A stretch of DNA of 63,960 nucleotides, the filler included, from Basidiobolus ranarum (Eukaryota), in the NCBI GenBank assembly GCA_040143965.1. It is 3 parts of 3 records of this genome, joined end to end, with 100 filler letters (N's around TTAATTAATTAA, not from the genome) between each part and the next. Parts side by side here need not be neighbours in the genome. Positions count along the whole stretch, not along the records: positions 23,852 to 47,491 come from JASJQH010007038.1; 2 more parts are not named here. The stretch is one strand, 5' to 3'. Below, in pieces: positions 37,829 through 47,591 of the stretch. Within the stretch, counting starts at the first letter, position 1; the number at the start of each line of letters is the position of its first letter. A program made the position numbers and the translations under genes. Under the pieces are notes generated by a model. That model searched no databases. It was not told where the DNA came from and saw nothing but the letters and a program-made list of their open reading frames with translations.

Positions 37829-39043
37829 ATGACAACTTTTAGAGTTGACATACCTGAACATATACCAAATCAAACCCCCCTCAAAGTCGATACTTACAGC
37901 CTGGAGGTTATGGACAGAACTAACATCACGACACAAGACACCTACTGTGTGATAGGCATTGGCTTTGTTGGTAGTTACTTACTCAAAGCCTTATTAGCTA
38001 GAGGGGAAAGAAGAGTGTATGCTCTAGATATACGGGAACCCACTCACCCACTACTCGATGGGGAGCAATTTGAATTTCGTAGAGTAGATACGACGAATAG
38101 AGAGGAATTGGAGAAAGCGATGAGCTCTATATGTGAGAAAACTCGAATCCATTCGGTTTTTCTTACTGCGGGAATAATCGAACCAAATCAAAGGCTGTCT
38201 TTCCAGTATCCAAAGTTCTACGATGTCAACGTCAGAGGTACCCAAAATGTAATCGAAGTGTGTGAGATGCTAGGAATCGCTCGATTAATATACACATCCT
38301 CTTCTACTGTGGTTATTGGACAAGATATGGTGGACTCAATAACGAATGAAGAAGATGGTGTTACCCAATATCCAATCAATCACTATTCAGCAACCAAGAT
38401 CTTGGGTGAGAAGATTGTGCTTGAAGTAAACACCAAACGAGAGTCGTCAATGGAAAAGTCAGAAAACAACAGTCTAATCTCCACTGCTTGCATTCGCCCA
38501 GGAGCAATATTTGGTGTCGGGGACCGCTTTATTGTTGATTCATTCTGCAAAAAGATGGCTGACGGAGAAACCAAAGTCCTTCAAGGTGGCGCAAACTATA
38601 TTTCTGAATTTGTGTATATTGAGAATGTAGTTCACGCACATCTGCTACTGGATTGCTATTTACGAGACGAACCATGGCGCTTTCGAGGCGAGACTTTCTT
38701 TATTACAAATTGCGAAAGGCTGACTAACCGAGAGTTTGCACATAGAATGGTCAACGCATCCCCTTTCCCTGATGTAGAATTTCAATTCCTTCCGGTTTGG
38801 ATTCTGTGGATGGTTGCCTACTTCAGTGAATTTGTTCAATGGATTTTAAGAAGCAAGATATCATTGGGCGAATTGGATGTTCTGACACCAGCTACTATGC
38901 ACTTGTTGTGTCATAATTACAATGTATCTTGTGAGAAAGCTAGAGTGTGGCTAGACTATCATCCAGCCTATAATATTACTGATGGTCTGAAGCGATCATT
39001 CGAATTGTATCAAAAGTTTTCAACTAAGCCACCTAACTCCTAG
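37829..39043 (+). CDS. 3-beta-hydroxysteroid dehydrogenase/decarboxylase-like extended SDR (ERG26/NSDHL-like), 404 aa, intronless
   Basis: Rossmann GIGFVG, VNVRGTQNVIEVC, LIYTSSSTV, catalytic YSATK, IRPGAIFGVGD, VYIENVVHAHLL, GETFFITN, KARVWLDYHP. Confidence 0.88.
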   Translation: MTTFRVDIPEHIPNQTPLKVDTYSLEVMDRTNITTQDTYCVIGIGFVGSYLLKALLARGERRVYALDIREPTHPLLDGEQFEFRRVDTTNREELEKAMSSICEKTRIHSVFLTAGIIEPNQRLSFQYPKFYDVNVRGTQNVIEVCEMLGIARLIYTSSSTVVIGQDMVDSITNEEDGVTQYPINHYSATKILGEKIVLEVNTKRESSMEKSENNSLISTACIRPGAIFGVGDRFIVDSFCKKMADGETKVLQGGANYISEFVYIENVVHAHLLLDCYLRDEPWRFRGETFFITNCERLTNREFAHRMVNASPFPDVEFQFLPVWILWMVAYFSEFVQWILRSKISLGELDVLTPATMHLLCHNYNVSCEKARVWLDYHPAYNITDGLKRSFELYQKFSTKPPNS

Positions 39044-40824
39044 ATGATATTGTGGATAATTCATTTAATATATATATACTGGGCATATGTATGCATGTTT
39101 TTGTAATTTTAATATTTCATTCCCGTCAGCCTGTTAAATATTGAAACCATCTTCCGTTCTTTTTCTCAACTTGCTCAGCACCATATGGAAACTTCTATTC
39201 CATCTTTCTCAGATATAATTGTGAAAAGATCGTTTTCATTAAAGAGTTTCTGCTCAAATACAAAGAGAATGACAATGGTGTAGAAACATCATAGATACTC
39301 CGAGTTCTATCGGAACCATATACACTCAATAAGCCCTAGCTCTCTCTCAAGTTCTAATGCCAAATGGTATAGCTAGGGGACACCCGTACTTTCAGCCCAC
39401 TTCCTTTGATTCAACATAACTTCATCTAAAACTTACTATCCCCCCCCCTTGCTGGCTCATTCTCAGGCTAAATCCGTCAGAGCCTGTTAATTCCAATAAT
39501 GTACTCTATGCTCAGCCAAGGTATGCAGCGGAGACAAAAGTAGAATATTGGTGCCATATTCTGTAACACATTCTAGAGTCTGCACCGCGTGGTGATCTCA
39601 TCGATGTAATGGATAATCGATACTTTGAACTGACATTATACAGAGAGTCGTAAGCTACGAATTGGAAGACTCCAAGTACTTTACAAATCGCCCACTTGCC
39701 TACTTATTAAGCCAGAGATCTGCTATTTATGAGACGTAGCTAAAACGATTCAATCGGATTCATCTGATAGCTTGGTGATTGGAGCTTCCAAAATGGATAA
39801 AAGAACCAAGTAATTAATGAATTGTGTACTTGCGATATTTAAGGTTTATTGGTCAAAAGAAGGATTTCCCCAAGATAATTTCCAAAAGAATAATCCAGAT
39901 CTTATGGAATAATAGAGCTATTGTCGAAAAGCAGCTAGTTTGGGACGGCCAAAATCAGATCATTGATTAGCATAGATAACTAGGATTTTTGACCAGATCC
40001 TTGTAACTCTAGATCACGCTTCGTTGTGGCTTGTTTCTCTTAGCAGAGATGGACTGGCTTTTAGTAGTAAATGTTGTCAAGAAATTCAGTTTCCCACCAG
40101 AGTAACCGGAACAGCCGATGCTCTTGACTTCGGCTGAAAGTTGGATTTCAGACATCCTTCCTTCCTCGTGTATCAAGTTTTAGAGGATCATCATTGACTC
40201 TGGAATTGTTAATGAATAAAGCCACCACATGTGATTCTATAGATAAAAATGCCTTTTGGTTGACGTGATTGTTCTATATCGGCAAATGTGGGAAAGCAAG
40301 GATCGTATTATCCCAAATTGATCCCCATTTTTGGGACCGAAGGATGGAGTATCACGTAGGGCAGAACTCTTTTTAGAGTTTCAAATCACATTCTATGATG
40401 GAGATGCCTTTCTCCCACTATTTTGTGGCGGTCACGATTGGTGCATCTTATTGACTTTCAATTTGTGCTGAGTCTGATTTAATGCATGGTGGTACACGTG
40501 ACTTTCAAATGATTATGATTGGGAAGAATCATCAAAGGAGGTGGGATTTCATGAAGGTGAGCCAATAGTATGATATATCAATATCCATCAAAAAGGCGTT
40601 TCGGGCATGTTGGCTAATGATTAAACCCTTTCCCCGATTCCTCTACTCCATCATTTCTCCATTCTTTGGTTTAGCATATTCTATACAGCTGTTTGAGGTT
40701 GCGTATTCTATTCCTTCATTCTCAGTTAGCTGGAACTATTAGCAAAGCGATACCACTCCCTTTTTAATACACTTGTTGCAATTTTACTTACTCATTCTAT
40801 TCTCGTCCCTCCGTGTTTTACTTC

Positions 40825-42373
40825 ATGAAGATAGCTGATCTGTTGTTGGTTTGTGGTACATACTTAGCTTCATAAGTCGGAATAAGCTTACTCAACCGAA
40901 ACGTTTGAACTCTCTTTAGGACACTAATTCAGAAGTTTCCCAAGAAAACTTCGTTGATTTCTTTAATAATAAAGGTAATATATATTTGCTCTTGACTTTT
41001 ATATTAGGACTTCTTTTAACCAAGTAATAGACGTAGTTAGGTTACCGTCGTTGGTGACAAATACCACTCAACTAGTTACCAATCCAGAAAATACCGGTAC
41101 CTTTGCCCAAGTTGTCGTATCTGATGTTGTTTTTCCCGCTAAGACATCCGAACGAAACGAAATCTCGTCAAAACCTGTGCCGTTGATAGAAGCCTCAGCT
41201 CAAAGTTCTGTCGAAGTAATTTTTGGCTCCTACACTTCTGTTATAACCTTAGGACGAGGTCGTACTGCTACTATCAATCTAGGTGGGTCTAATCGGAAGG
41301 TTTCTAGAAAGCATGCCATTATTAGTTGGGAAGAAACAGCTGGAGTATTCACCTTGCATGTCACTGGAGCAAACGGCTTATATATTGATGACTCTTTACA
41401 TAGAGTAAATTGCTCGGTAAAGTTGTCCAATGGATGTGTTATTGATATTGCTGGAATTAAATATCGGTTTCAAATCCCTCACATGGATTACCTTCCATCA
41501 CCACCTTTTGGAAGCCCGGCCCATATTCCCGAAACTGAGTCCAATGTAACGCTGAGTAGCTTCTCTGTTGATAGTGATGCTTCCAAAATCACCTCTCAGA
41601 CGAATGAGGAACCTTGCGTGAATACAGTCAACCGAGTAAAGTCCTCACTACGGAGTCAAGCAACCAAATCAAATAATCGAAAGACCAGGTCATATCGTAA
41701 TATTAGTCCAGCGAGTAGTATTTGTAATGGTTCATTTAAAAGTAGTGATGATCTAGCTTCAGATTCAGAACCTCTCTCTTTGCCATCGGGGTTAGATCCA
41801 GTTCTGAATAGCAAGGCAGGTAAAGCATCTGGTAAGCGTGCTACCGTAGGGAAGAATAAACGAAAGAGAGAGAAAAAGCGAACGCAGCCGGAGATTGACC
41901 CAGTACGTAAAGAGTTAATTGATAACATCGTCGCCGCAATTGTTTTCACCGGAAAGCATATGATTAGCGCCAGTGAAATATATAAGATTATCCTTGCGGA
42001 TCATCCTACATTTCCTGAGAGATATGAAGAGTTCAATGAATTGAGTGTTGTACGAAGTTTGCACAAATATTCATTCTTTGGTCATGTGGTTCGTAAAGGA
42101 AAAGACGCCGGAGGGAAACCATTGGCTGATCTTTGGTACTATACCATCAATGATGACCCGGATACTACACGCAAAAGTACGTATCAACCTCTCGTAAAAG
42201 GAGCAAGATCATGTACTTTGAAGGATAAGCAATATTATTTCAAGCCGCCACCGAAAGTCCCGAGTATCAAATACTCTACTCAGTTGCCACCTAGTGGGAG
42301 AAAGCGTAGTAAGAAAAGCAGAAGTATATCCGGTCCAAGCAAAAGATCCAAATCAAATGATAGCTCTACGTAA
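40825..42373 (+). CDS. FHA-domain transcription regulator of the Tos4/Plm2 family
   Basis: Likely exons 40825-40848 (MKIADLLL), 40920-40974, 41031-42373. FHA core ITLGRG...VSRKHAII...GANG; Tos4/Plm2 C-terminal motifs GKDAGGKPLADLWYY and RSCTLKDKQYYFK. 5' exons are inferred. Confidence 0.85.
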
Positions 42374-43499
42374 ACCTTACCTTATTGCGTTTTTTTCTCT
42401 AATGTCGCCTTGTATACTTTCCGTCATGTTCGCACGCTAGACATATGCATTTGTGGTCAACCTTCATCCAACATCTATTTGTATATATACTCAATAATTC
42501 CGTACAATCACATTTCTTATCTGTTTCGATCAATTCGCTTTGAATGTAAATTTCTACTTTCCAATTCATGTTATTCATCTTTCTTGTGGCCTATGTGACT
42601 CAACGCATAGAGTAAACTTGAACTTGATAAACTGTGATATCCCATCTGACCTTAACTAAGGCATATCCATATAGAGTGAGTTTCAAGAACTATATCATGT
42701 AACGTGTAGGTTCCTTTTAATCATCATCCATCATGGAATTACAAGAGCTGTAGCTTAAAGAGAGTCAGTAGGAAGATGTGCTATAAAAATCATGGGCCAT
42801 CTTGGATATCGAGATGTCCATGCTATCATCAGAGATAAAGGTAATCCTACGAAGTTGTGAAGTTGCTGCCGCTGAATTTGCACTAGCTCGATTGTACTGG
42901 TGGGCCAACAAGAAGGTTTAAGTGCGTTCGTTGTGAGCCTGGGAGAGTTGATATATCAATCAATAGAAAAAGTAATCATATATATCCAATTCAAATCGGT
43001 ATGGGAATGCTATTCTATTTTGGCACATGCATCAGTATTCAGGTTATATGCAAATAGCAGTGTTAAGCCGCATTTTTGTAATGGGGCATAAGTGTTTAGA
43101 ATTTACATGCAGGTCGATGTATAACCAATTTCATGACACTACCTCTATTGAAGGCTATTATGAAACATTCGACTGATCGTCTACATGTTAATTACTACTA
43201 AAGCAAGTGTATCAGAAACAAATGCTTTACAAACCAGATTCCTCATGTATTGATATTATTCCCTTGAGAGCGTACGTCTCATTCATGTAGTTATGTTTGA
43301 TAACTCTAAACAGGGAAATCCAATGGGGAATGAATATATCAATATTACTAATTACCTAAATATCTCAGGTCTCAAGTAGTTATTTCAGAGCAAATGTCCG
43401 GCTATTAAAGCCATCCGATGAACGCTCTTATCAAAAATAAACTCGCCTATAATTGTTGACACTTACATATAGTTTCATTTTTGAGAGAATTTAGACAGT

Positions 43500-43999
43500 A
43501 TGACTCGCTATACTAGAATCACCCTTGGCTTCCTCGCTGCGTCTTGCTTACTTGGTCTTGCAGTTGAAGGGCTAAAAAATGCACCAAGCCACCTAAAAAT
43601 TGGTATGTGTCGAATATGAGCTATTAATTAGCTCAATCGTTATTTAATCATACATCTTCCCGTTTGATAGTTACAACGAAGCGTGTAAATAATTGTAGTA
43701 GACGTTCCAAACAAGGGGATTCCCTCTCCATGCATTATACCGGAACGCTTTTCTCTGATGGTACCAAGTTCGATTCTAGTATTCCTCGCGGGGAACCACT
43801 TGTATTTACTTTAGGTATCGGCCAAGTTATCAAGGGTTGGGACCAGGGTTTGAGCAATATGTGCGTTGGTGAAAAGCGTAAACTAGTCATTCCTCCGGAA
43901 CTTGCCTACGGTGCGCAGGGTGCTCCTCCACAAATCCCTGCCGATGCTACCTTGGTGTTTGACGTTGAATTAATCGACATCATTGATGAAGGAAAATAA
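43500..43999 (+). CDS. FPR2: Secretory-pathway FKBP-type peptidyl-prolyl isomerase (FKBP2/Fpr2-like)
   Basis: Exon 1 43500-43602 encodes a signal peptide ([24 protein letters not shown]); intron 43603-43670; exon 2 has [49 protein letters not shown]. Confidence 0.9.
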
Positions 44000-44490
44000 T
44001 TGAAGTTTGTTCAGTCTTGTTGTTTCAGGTTTTTTGTTATGCTAGTATGATTAGTTAATACTCGAAACTTTCTAGTGTTTACATTATCAATCAAAATTTA
44101 ACTCTTTGAATTGACAAATAAACACTAATATCACCTATCCTCTGGGTATCTCGATTGATTAGTTTGTGTGAATCAGATTGACATGAGGGCTATCAATTAA
44201 ATCAGGCAACCCATGTTATCCGGTCACATTTGAAGAATTGAAAAGAATCTTGACAGTAAAGTAACATCCCCCTCTCAAGGTATGACGACACAATCACCAA
44301 CGCAAGTTTATTCGTTGTTCAGCTAGAGTATTGGCAGTGGATATTGAAATGATATACTAATTGTACTCCTGGGAAAGTATGGGAAGACAGAAGACAAGCT
44401 TGAGTATGGGACAAGTGGAGATCAGAGTAGGAGAAAACTAGAATCATGTCGGAAGTTGTACGGTGGTATTGAGAAAAGAAAAACATATAT

Positions 44491-45045
44491 CTACTGAGAG
44501 GCGACTTTGAATTTTAAATGAGCTTCATAGAATTGAAGCATCTTGATTGGACATTTTGTATGCATTACGGTATTAAGATGAACTGTACGAGATCCATCCT
44601 TCCATACGACATAAACCATGAGTTCATCTTTTTCATTACGCTCAACAGTCTCGATGTTGGCGATGAGGTTTTCCCAACTTTCAGCTTTAGCTCCAGGGAA
44701 AGTAGTCGGTTTCTTTGCAGGTTGAATCTCCTCGAGATCCTCATCACTTTCAACCTTACGCTTGGAGAGATGTGATTTCGGTCCGTGAAGTGAGGTGGAA
44801 GGTCCAGTCGAGTTTCCCCGAGTTTTCCAATACTCCTCGATAAGATCGGTGCAATATACATTATCCTCGTCCTCCCAAGTGTTTTCCGAACTAGCATAAC
44901 CTTTCCATTTCAAAAAATATTGAACTTTTCCATCACGTTTACGATGTTTAACCACTTTCTCAACAACATAGATCTCTTCTTCCTCAGATTCTGAGGACTT
45001 CTCGTCGTCTTTAGTTACAGTGGGGTCGTCGGCAAGTTTGGCCAT
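44491..45045 (-). CDS. Heterochromatin protein 1 (HP1/Swi6-like): chromodomain plus chromoshadow domain, 184 aa
   Basis: Acidic patch then IYVVEKVVKHR...YFLKWKGYASSENTWE; basic hinge; chromoshadow WENLIANIETVE...YVVWKDG...KCPIKMLQFYEAHLKF. Confidence 0.93.
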   Translation of the reverse strand: MAKLADDPTVTKDDEKSSESEEEEIYVVEKVVKHRKRDGKVQYFLKWKGYASSENTWEDEDNVYCTDLIEEYWKTRGNSTGPSTSLHGPKSHLSKRKVESDEDLEEIQPAKKPTTFPGAKAESWENLIANIETVERNEKDELMVYVVWKDGSRTVHLNTVMHTKCPIKMLQFYEAHLKFKVASQ

Positions 45046-46304
45046 TTACAATATTATAACTGGAAAAGTAGTAAGACTAGAAAGAAATAAAATCAAGTAG
45101 TATGTAGCGGGTATTGAAAAAGATAAACGAATTTTCTTAACCACGCGATTATGTATCCCTCTTCATGTGTTACTTCAAAATTTTATTAACTTGATCTAGC
45201 TCACAACAGAAACATAGCAATAGTTTGAAAGATAATTGGCCCCTTGTGTTATGCTAGAATGATAATATCCATGTTGAAAAAGTAAAATGCACATTTCTAG
45301 TGTAAATCAATTGTGATGTACTAGATACGATCGCGTCTCTTGTTGGATGCTCAAGCTGCTGCTTGCGAGGATATGTAGCAAATAGGAAGAGTAGCTGTTG
45401 CTTCGAGGCATTCCTAATCTTAGCAGGCTTCCATAGTAGTTGAAAGTAGCTGTTCAAACTCTTCCATTTGCACTTGTTGAAATTGGCTAGGTAGAAAAAT
45501 CGGCAATTGGGTACAGTTGGTATCAATTCGAAACAGTGCCACCGGATAGGATTAAAAATACTGGTTTCGCAAAAGCTTCTTATGGGACTTACTTTCCTGG
45601 TAGGTGTGTAATCTGCTATACTAATCAGGCTACATTGTGTTAATACTCTACCCTTGAATCATTAACACCATTTCGAAATGCTGTGATTCATACCCAATCA
45701 AGGTTCTGCGCAAGTGTTTCAAAGCCTATCAGTAAGAAATCTTCAGTACGATGTATATACTGAGCTTCTTAGCATCTCCTGCAAGAAATGTTACGGCGAA
45801 TACATCTAGATACCAGTTTAACATAGAAGCGATGTCCAGCTATGATTACAAATGTTACAAGCGCAGCTTGAGTGGCCATGGAGGTAGTTCTATCCATCAA
45901 TAGTATGACGGGACAAGTTAATTTGACTTATGTTGGACAGTTGTAATATGTGAAAGAATACTGGGATTTTGTCAGCTTAGTTTATAATCAACTCTTCTAC
46001 GTCCATCTCAGAGCATAAGTCGAAAACCTTAACAGATCCAGTGTAACAAAACTTCGATTAGAAGAAAGTATCCATAATTCACAATCATCAGTAAGAATCA
46101 AGCTTACATTCTTTCGATCGTTAGTGATAGGGACTTGCTCCTCAGTGTAGTTCAATACTGAACCATATATCAATTCGTGATCTTATGGCCATTGAAATTT
46201 TTGATCATGTTTGTGATACCCAATAATATAGAGGCTCAAGCTATGTCATTTTCAACAAGGATCTGATCATAATGCAGTAAGACTTTTTGGTTTATTTTTA
46301 GCAG

Positions 46305-46985
46305 TACTGAAATTAGCATTGCCTAAACACCTATATAGTCGTATATAGCTTAGCATTTAGTTATTCTATATTGAACTAAGCCCTAAGATATTACCCACTA
46401 TCCTTAATCGGAATTTACTTTATATATTTTAACCAACTTAGAAGTTCATAGATACACTGATTTTTCAAACTTGTGCAAGAGGCCCAAACCTTGCATACAT
46501 GTTTCTGGGACCTTCCTTAACACATTCTACTAGTTAGTTTGCTTAAATCTTGACAAGAATATCAATGTCAACTTTCTACTTGATAAGTCAATAAGTGAAA
46601 ATAACCATGTTCTCTAATTCTCCAGACCACTTCCAACAGGCTCCCAAATACTTTAACAGGTTATGAGCCCCAAGCTTGCACTTTCTGTAATATCTGCCTC
46701 TCAAATTTCTGCAACTTTTCCCTCATCTAAAAAATTGGATGGAAACAACCATCAAGTTTGGTAAATTAAAATGAAAATGCTGCTAAAAGATAAGGAACTT
46801 TGTGTGTCTGTTGTGGAGAAGGAAACAATGCCAAACTATCTGGAACCAATGTTTTTTCTCTAGGTAAAGAAAGAACAAAGTGCCTTCAACACAATATGTC
46901 TTAATGTTTAAAACAAAATTGCTAATTCACTTCCATGAGCCAAAACTGCCAAGAAGGTATGGAAAGCCAACGAGGACACCTACCA
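46305..46985 (+). mobile_element. Truncated Ty1/copia retrotransposon: 5' LTR (46305-46658), PBS (46659-46670), decayed gag
   Basis: LTR ends TTTAACA and is followed directly by GGTTATGAGCCC. From ~46730 the sequence translates KLDGNNHQVW*IKMKMLLKDKEL...KEQSAFNTICLNV*...AKTAKKVWKA, a copia gag N-terminal pattern broken by stops. Confidence 0.82.
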
Positions 46986-47333
46986 AACAGGGGGGATGAT
47001 AAACACCAGAAGGTGTAATATTTATTTATCAATTTAAACCAAGTCAATAAATAAGTAAGCTAAGCTGGAATATAAAATTCAAAGATAAAGTCAACCTATT
47101 GAAAGAGCTAAGTTTCCTAGTAAGTTGGGCCTAAGAATATGCCCAATAGGATGCAGCTAAGAGTAAAGTATTCCAGAAGGAAAGGGGCCTAAGCAGAGTT
47201 TTCCAGAAGGGATTGAGCCAAAAGTAGAGAGTTCTTAGAGAGCTAGGCCTGATAGTTGCTAATAGTCATAAGTTGAAGTAAGCTGAGAAGAAAGAGCTGG
47301 GAAGGTGCCTTTAGTTCCTTTCCAAGTAAGCAT

Positions 47334-47491
47334 TGTTAAAGTATTTGGGAGCCTGTTGGAAGTGGTTTGGAGAATTAGAAGAATTGGTGGTTTTCACTTA
47401 TTGATTTATTGAGTAGAAAGTTGACATTTATAGTTTTGTCAAGATGTAAACAAACTAACGTGTAGAATATGTTAAGGAAGGTCCCAGGAAC
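47334..47491 (-). mobile_element. Second, inverted copy of the same LTR family (3' part; runs into the gap)
   Basis: Reverse complement reads GGGACCTTCCTTAACATATTCTAC...CCACTTCCAACAGGCTCCCAAATACTTTAACA, nearly identical to 46507-46658. No PBS follows, so it is a 3' or solo LTR. Confidence 0.85.
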
Positions 47492-47591
47492 NNNNNNNNN
47501 NNNNNNNNNNNNNNNNNNNNNNNNNNNNNNNNNNNTTAATTAATTAANNNNNNNNNNNNNNNNNNNNNNNNNNNNNNNNNNNNNNNNNNNN
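47492..47591. other. Artificial contig linker (N44-TTAATTAATTAA-N44)
   Basis: Same structure as 23752-23851. Confidence 0.95.

Noticed and set aside
40112..40136. Hairpin CAGCCGA-N11-TCGGCTG
   Set aside because: A 7-bp stem is expected by chance; no tRNA, snoRNA or terminator context.
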